DNA from: Hydrolagus colliei
Lineage: Eukaryota
Direction of reading: 5' to 3'
Length of the DNA stretch: 64,000 nucleotides
Assembly (NCBI GenBank): GCA_035084275.1
Contig: CM068773.1
Span: forward strand, 2,170,001-2,234,000
Part shown: positions 59,203 through 64,000 of the stretch, piece after piece
How positions within the stretch are numbered: the stretch's first letter is position 1
Layout of the letters: every line of letters begins with the position of its first letter
Made by a program: the position numbers and the translations under genes
The notes under the pieces: generated by a model
Told to the model about the DNA's origin: nothing
Database searches by the model: none
The model's input: the letters and a program-made list of their open reading frames with translations, nothing else

Positions 59203-62168
59203 GTAAGTGCATTCAGAGTTCAGACTTTGGTGTTTGGCTGTCAATTAACCTGATTTAATTAATGTGGAATCCTGTATCTTAGTGATAGAGCGCTCGTCAA
59301 TGACAGGACTTGGGTTTGATTCCCAGGCGGGACAGGACAGGGCAAAACCTTAGGTAAGTTTCCTTCTTCCACACACACACACAAAGTAACTGGGTCAGGC
59401 TCACACACACACACACATACAGACACACACACACGACTGAACTAGGTTGACATTCACACAGACGCCTCTGTTTACCAGTCGGAACCCATTTGTGAGTTGT
59501 CTTGGGATGTCCTCCCGATGTAAAAGCTGCTGTACAAATGCAATTTTGTTGTTGTTTTTAGTCGAACGGAGGATCGCTTTCCATGGGAAATCCTTCATAA
59601 TAACAATTCACATTACGGTACATTCTGTGAAGCGCTTTGAGACGTCTTGTAGACGTGAAAAGCGCGGCATCAAATGCAAGGGTTGCTATTATTAGAATAA
59701 TGTGTTCGCTCAAGTCACAACTGTTCGTGGGAACGTCGCCGTGCGCAATTGGATCACGAGTTTTGCCCATAAACTATACCCGGTCATGTTTTGCCCGCAG
59801 AAAACAAAGTCACTACACTTTACAGTGTATCCTGTGAAGTGCTTTGAGGCATCTCTTCATGGTGTGAAAAAAATGCAGTGATTATTATTATTATTAAACT
59901 GTTTATATATTTTTTCCCCTCCTTAGTGATTCATTCAACTTCCACTTGGCTCTACATTGGCTATGATGGCTTGGGTAGGGAAACCATTGGCACTTTCGGT
60001 GAAATCAATTCGATTCCCTACCTGTTCTACGACCACAAATATAAGATGTTCGTTATCAACGGTATGGTCACAGATGGTATCAAGGAACTGGGAAAAGATA
60101 CCGTAGACACTTTTATTACAGTGGCAACTGGTGTAATAGAGCGGGGGAAAAGTTTTTCCGATCGACTGGACACTCAGCCGAGTTACACGCTTGAAGTCAA
60201 ACGTAAGTAGCAAAGATTCGTTGGCAAAGTCTAAAAACATCTTTGCACTTGATCAATATTTATTCCTGCAGCTCATTGGTTAGAGCCCTGGCCACCCAAG
60301 CCACAGTCCTGTAGCTCATTAGTTAGATCCCTGGCCTTGCAAGCCAGAGTCCTGTAGATCATTGGTTAGATCCCGGGCCTTGCAAGCCAGAGTCCTGTAG
60401 CTCAGTGGTTAGAGCACTCGCCTTGCAAGCAAGAGGATCTGGGTTTGATTCCGGGTGGGACAGGACAGGACGAAACTCACAAACCTTTGTCTTTCTGTGT
60501 AGGAGAGCCATCAGTTCACATCTACATGGAAGAGTTCTACAGCCCGAGACGACCAAACACTTTGTACTGTTACATTCACGGTTTGTTTCCGTTTGAAGCC
60601 CACGTGACCTTCGAAATCAATGGGAAGCTTTTCAATGGCACGGTCCATTCCTCGGAAATTTCGTTCGAAACTGACTGGAGGTTTCACTTCTTAAAGTTCA
60701 TCGAAATCACACCCGAACTGGGAGATGAGTATGTTTGTCAGGTATCCCACGCAAGTCTCAGTCAACCTCTCTCTGCAATGCTAGGTAAGGGCTCTCTAAC
60801 CTCATCGCCTACTGTCTCTCTGTCTCCCTCCCTCCATCAGGTCATGGTTTCTATCTATCTATATATACAGTGGAGCTCCTATAGCTCAGTGGTTAGAGCA
60901 CTCGCCTTAGAAGCGTGAGACCTATGTTCGATTCCAGGCGGATCAGAGTTTCCTTACTCCACACGCACAACTAATAATAATCCGTCCCCAAAAACAACAC
61001 AATCATAAAAAAAAAAGGTCATTTTCAATCCACTACTATCTGTGGGGGACGCTGCTGTGCGCAAACGGCTGCCGCGTTTCGCCCACAAAATACACAGTCA
61101 ATTCACTTTACAGCACATTCTGTGAAGCGCTTTGGGACGTCGATAAGATGTGAAAAGCCGCTGTATCAAATGCAAGGATTATTACTGTTAATACTACTCA
61201 AATCCTCACGGTTAATTTGGATTCAACAGAATTGTCACCTCCACCAATGCCTTACGCTGGAATCACTGTGTGTGCGGTGGGAGTGCTGGTGTTTGCTGTG
61301 GGAATCTCGCTGTCAATATTTCTTCTTGTCAAAGCTATCAGGTGATTTTATATACAAACATATATATATCTACAGTACTGTATACATTTTACAGTGTGTC
61401 CTGTGAAGCTACTTGAGACGTCTCGATGATGTGATGTGATAAGGCGCTGGGTCAAATGCCGTGATTATTATTATTAATATTATGATATTATCCCTTGAAC
61501 CCTTTCTACAGGCAGAGAAGGCTCGGTGCCGCAAATCTGGGACAAGAGAGGCAGGACAGTCCCTGTTCTTAAAGGTTCGTATAACTGAATACAACAACAA
61601 CAAATGACATTCGCACAGTGTCTCTCACGTCGGGAGGACATCCCAAGGCTCTGGGCTGGGCTGGACAATCAGGGATTTGGAGCTGGGGTTTGGGATCAAG
61701 AGGCGGTGGAGGGCAGGGAGATTGAGTGGGTGACTGAAGGCACGGCTGGTCAAAGAGGAGGGTCTCGAGACAGGTCTTAAAGGAGACAGTGCGATGGAGG
61801 GAAGGAGGGAGCGAGGGAGGCGGAGGGACTGCGGGGATGGAGCTCGCCCACAAAACACAGCCACTCCATTTGACGGTGTATCCTGAGAAGCGCTTTGAGA
61901 CGTCTTGACAACATGATAAGGCACTGTGTCAAATGCGAGGACAGTCAACCTATCCGACCGCCCCCACCCTCGCTGCTCTTGTCCCTACCTGACTATACAG
62001 TGCCTTGGGACGTCCTCCCAACGTCATTGTAAGTTTTGATTGATTGCTTGGTAATCATTATTACTGTTGTCAAAACCATCATTTGCTTTCATCCACAGGT
62101 TAGGGGTTCCTGAAGAAACACAGACCAGTTCTTGCTGCTTCAGATTCAAATCTACTGTAGATTTATAA
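59145..62168 (+). CDS. WA: MHC W-category alpha chain (WA-like), predicted 5 coding exons, 265 aa
   Basis: Exons: 59145-59202 (leader), 59927-60202 (alpha1), 60503-60784 (Ig-C1), 61230-61341 (TM), 62099-62168 (tail). All are GT-AG with compatible phases (1,1,1,2); 798 nt open to TAA. Confidence 0.85.
59927..60202 (+). CDS. WA exon 2, alpha1 groove domain (no Cys)
   Basis: CCTTAG acceptor and C|GTAAGT donor; 276 bp open (IHSTSTWLYIGYDG...YLFYDHK...SYTLEVK). Weak similarity on its own; identity rests on context. Confidence 0.75.
60265..60470 (+). repeat. Four tandem ~43-bp copies of the SINE 5' (A-box) module followed by a B box
   Basis: CCTGTAGCTCA(T/G)TGGTTAGA.CCCTGGCCTTGCAAGCCAGAGT x4, in WA intron 2. 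Confidence 0.8.
60503..60784 (+). CDS. WA exon 3, beta2-microglobulin-like Ig C1 domain
   Basis: REPSVHIY...NTLYCYIHGLFP...VTFEING...SEISFETDWRF...TPELGDEYVCQVSHASLSQP; 282 bp. Confidence 0.93.
60880..61190 (+). mobile_element. tRNA-derived SINE, near full length, in WA intron 3
   Basis: TAGCTCAGTGG A box, GTTCGATTCC B box, conserved core and L2-type tail. Confidence 0.8.
61230..61341 (+). CDS. WA exon 4, connecting peptide plus class II alpha-type TM
   Basis: ELSPPPMPYAGITVCAVGVLVFAVGISLSIFLLVKAI; the VCAVG motif parallels class II alpha VCALG. Confidence 0.83.
62099..62168 (+). CDS. WA exon 5, cytoplasmic tail
   Basis: CCACAG acceptor, phase 2; RLGVPEETQTSSCCFRFKSTVDL-stop. Confidence 0.62.
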
Positions 62169-62293
62169 TTCATACAAATCTTCCAGTCTCACAGATTCCT
62201 TCAAGCATTCACCCTGACGCGATAACACTCCACTTCGAACTTAAGATTTTTTGGGGGGATTCAGATGAATGAATGTTCGAGGATTCTGTAGAT

Positions 62294-62647
62294 CAGTGGT
62301 TCCCAACTGTTTTTTTTGCTGCGACCCAAATTAACCACCAACAGGTCCTCGCGACCCCAAACTTTTTTTTCTGCCTCCAACAGGTCCTCCCACCACCACT
62401 AGGGGGCGATGTCACGACTGAAGCTCGTTTCGGCCAAACCTGAAACCCAAACTTATTTCTGTCTCTTTTGTGGTCTTTCGCACCAATTGGTCGGTGTTGT
62501 CACCTCGGGCGTTTTTTTTTATAGCGTTAAAAAAGCATTTTCAACGTGAAAAAAAGCAACAACAAAAAATTCTGGTGACCCTTCGCGACCCCACTGAGGG
62601 CTCCCGCGACCCTAATTTGGGTCGGGACCCGAGGTTGGGAACCACTG
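62294..62647. mobile_element. hAT-Charlie-type MITE (354 bp)
   Basis: Perfect 14-bp TIR CAGTGGTTCCCAAC; 8-bp TSD CTGTAGAT at 62286-62293 and 62648-62655. Confidence 0.93.
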
Positions 62648-63799
62648 CTGTAGATCCTAATTGGCATCAAAGAAGACATTTACTTGTCTGTGTTATTGGA
62701 TGTGCGAACAAACGTAACTATCTTTGTGCAACACCTGTAGCTCAGTGGTGAGAGCCCAGGTTCGATGGGACCCAGGTTCGATCTCCAAGGCAACTTTCCT
62801 TACTCCACACACACCAGCAGTATATAGTAACCTCCTGTCCTCCTTTAAAGCCGGTCTCCTCTTCGACCGTGCCTTCTGCTGCCCTCCTAACTCTCTCCAC
62901 TTTCCTACTCTCCATCTCCCTGCACCACCCCAACCCTTCCCCACCCTCCCCAGGTCCAGACCCAACTGTTCAGCGCCTTGGGACGTCCTCCTGACGTGAA
63001 AGGCCAGGAAATTTTGTTGTTAGTTGATTAGCAGATCATTTTCCTGGTGTAATAATCCCTTCAAAAATAACAATAACACCCATTAATAATAATTAATAAT
63101 ATTAATTAATAATAATATCGGTGAATCCACGACCGCTGGTAGGTTGCTGCTGCCCGCAATTGTTTCACCCATAAAATAGAGTCACTCCACTTTACAGTGG
63201 AGTGTATCCTGTGACGCGCTTTGAGACATCTCAATGACGTGATAAGTCACTGTATGAAACGCAATATCTTTATTCTGGTGTTACATATATGGTTCTTTAA
63301 AGTGTCTTTGCAATAACTCTCTTTGAAAACACTGTACAGTATATTATTTTATTCAGATAAACACAATTGAAGTAGTAATAACTGACTGAGGTGTGTAGAT
63401 ATCAACAGATACTTAATGTAGGTCAGCCGAGCTCAGCCACTCACATTTTCAACTCCAAGTCAGATGGTTGGAACGGCAGACCAGTCTATCTGCTCTCTCT
63501 GCTCAGCGGGCTCTGGCCTGCTCCCTGTCCCCCGGCCAGGGTTAGTAAAGCACCCTCAACACTGCTCCCAACCTCTGGAACTCCATCCCACAGTCCCTCC
63601 GCCTCACCCCCCACCTGGCCTCTTTCAAGTCCCACCTCAAGACTCTCCTCTTCGATGCACCCATCGGCATCTCCCAATCCCCCCTTCTCTCCCCGTCACC
63701 TGTCCTAAGCTCGGGTCTGAATCAGTAACTGTCCAGCGCCTTGGGACGTCCTCCTGTCGTGAACGGCGCTATACAAGTGTCATTTTGTTGTTGTGTGTC

Positions 63800-64000
63800 C
63801 ATCCAGACTCCCAGGTCACGATTAGAGACACAGTAAAGCTCTTTCTACCCTGTGCGTCCACACACCAGGGTCACGGTTAGAGACACAGTAAAGCTCTCTC
63901 TACCCTGTGCGTCCACACACCCAGGTCAGGGTTAGAGACACAGTTAAGTTCTCTCTACACTGTGTGTCCATCCATACTCAGGGTTAGAGACACGGTAGAG
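63800..64000. repeat. ~55-bp minisatellite (GGTTAGAGACACAGTAAAGCTCTCTCTACCCTGTGCGTCCACACACCCAGG); related units at ~45545-45665
   Basis: Three to four tandem units, running off the window end. Confidence 0.85.

Noticed and set aside
60265-60440. Regularly spaced direct repeats superficially like a CRISPR array
   Set aside because: Eukaryotic context, no unique spacers; tandem SINE 5' modules.
60503-60784. Calling this exon B2M
   Set aside because: It is flanked in phase by a groove-domain exon and a TM exon; true B2M has neither.
60880-60935. tRNA-like sequences with A and B boxes (many copies)
   Set aside because: No acceptor stem, and they continue into SINE body and tail; SINE heads, not tRNA genes.

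Overview
Vertebrate genomic DNA, most likely a cartilaginous fish (inferred from shark-type CR1/L2/tRNA-SINE families and shark-type NLR exons), with one assembly gap at 4762-4915. (1) About 4.1-38.1 kb is a mirror-symmetric array of eight single-coding-exon UDP-glucuronosyltransferase (UGT5-type) copies built from a ~4.3-kb unit: five on the minus strand and three on the plus strand. Four are full-length ORFs, one is a frameshifted form with no transmembrane helix, two are pseudogenes and one is a 74-bp stub. (2) About 38-47 kb is LINE/SINE-rich and holds the last two exons of an NLR-type LRR gene. (3) About 47-62 kb holds a head-to-head pair of spliced MHC genes, which I reconstructed by hand from GT-AG sites and exon phases. 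Both have class II-type architecture (leader, one groove domain, one Ig-C1 domain, TM, tail) but class I-type interface motifs. The plus-strand alpha chain has a beta2-microglobulin-like Ig domain. The minus-strand beta chain has class I alpha2/alpha3-like motifs. This matches the ancient W-category MHC (WA/WB), and it is the most interesting signal in the window; the ORF track shows only fragments of it. A 2.79-kb tandem duplication between the two genes breaks inside the WB leader exon. All alignments were done by eye against remembered reference sequences; no searches were run.
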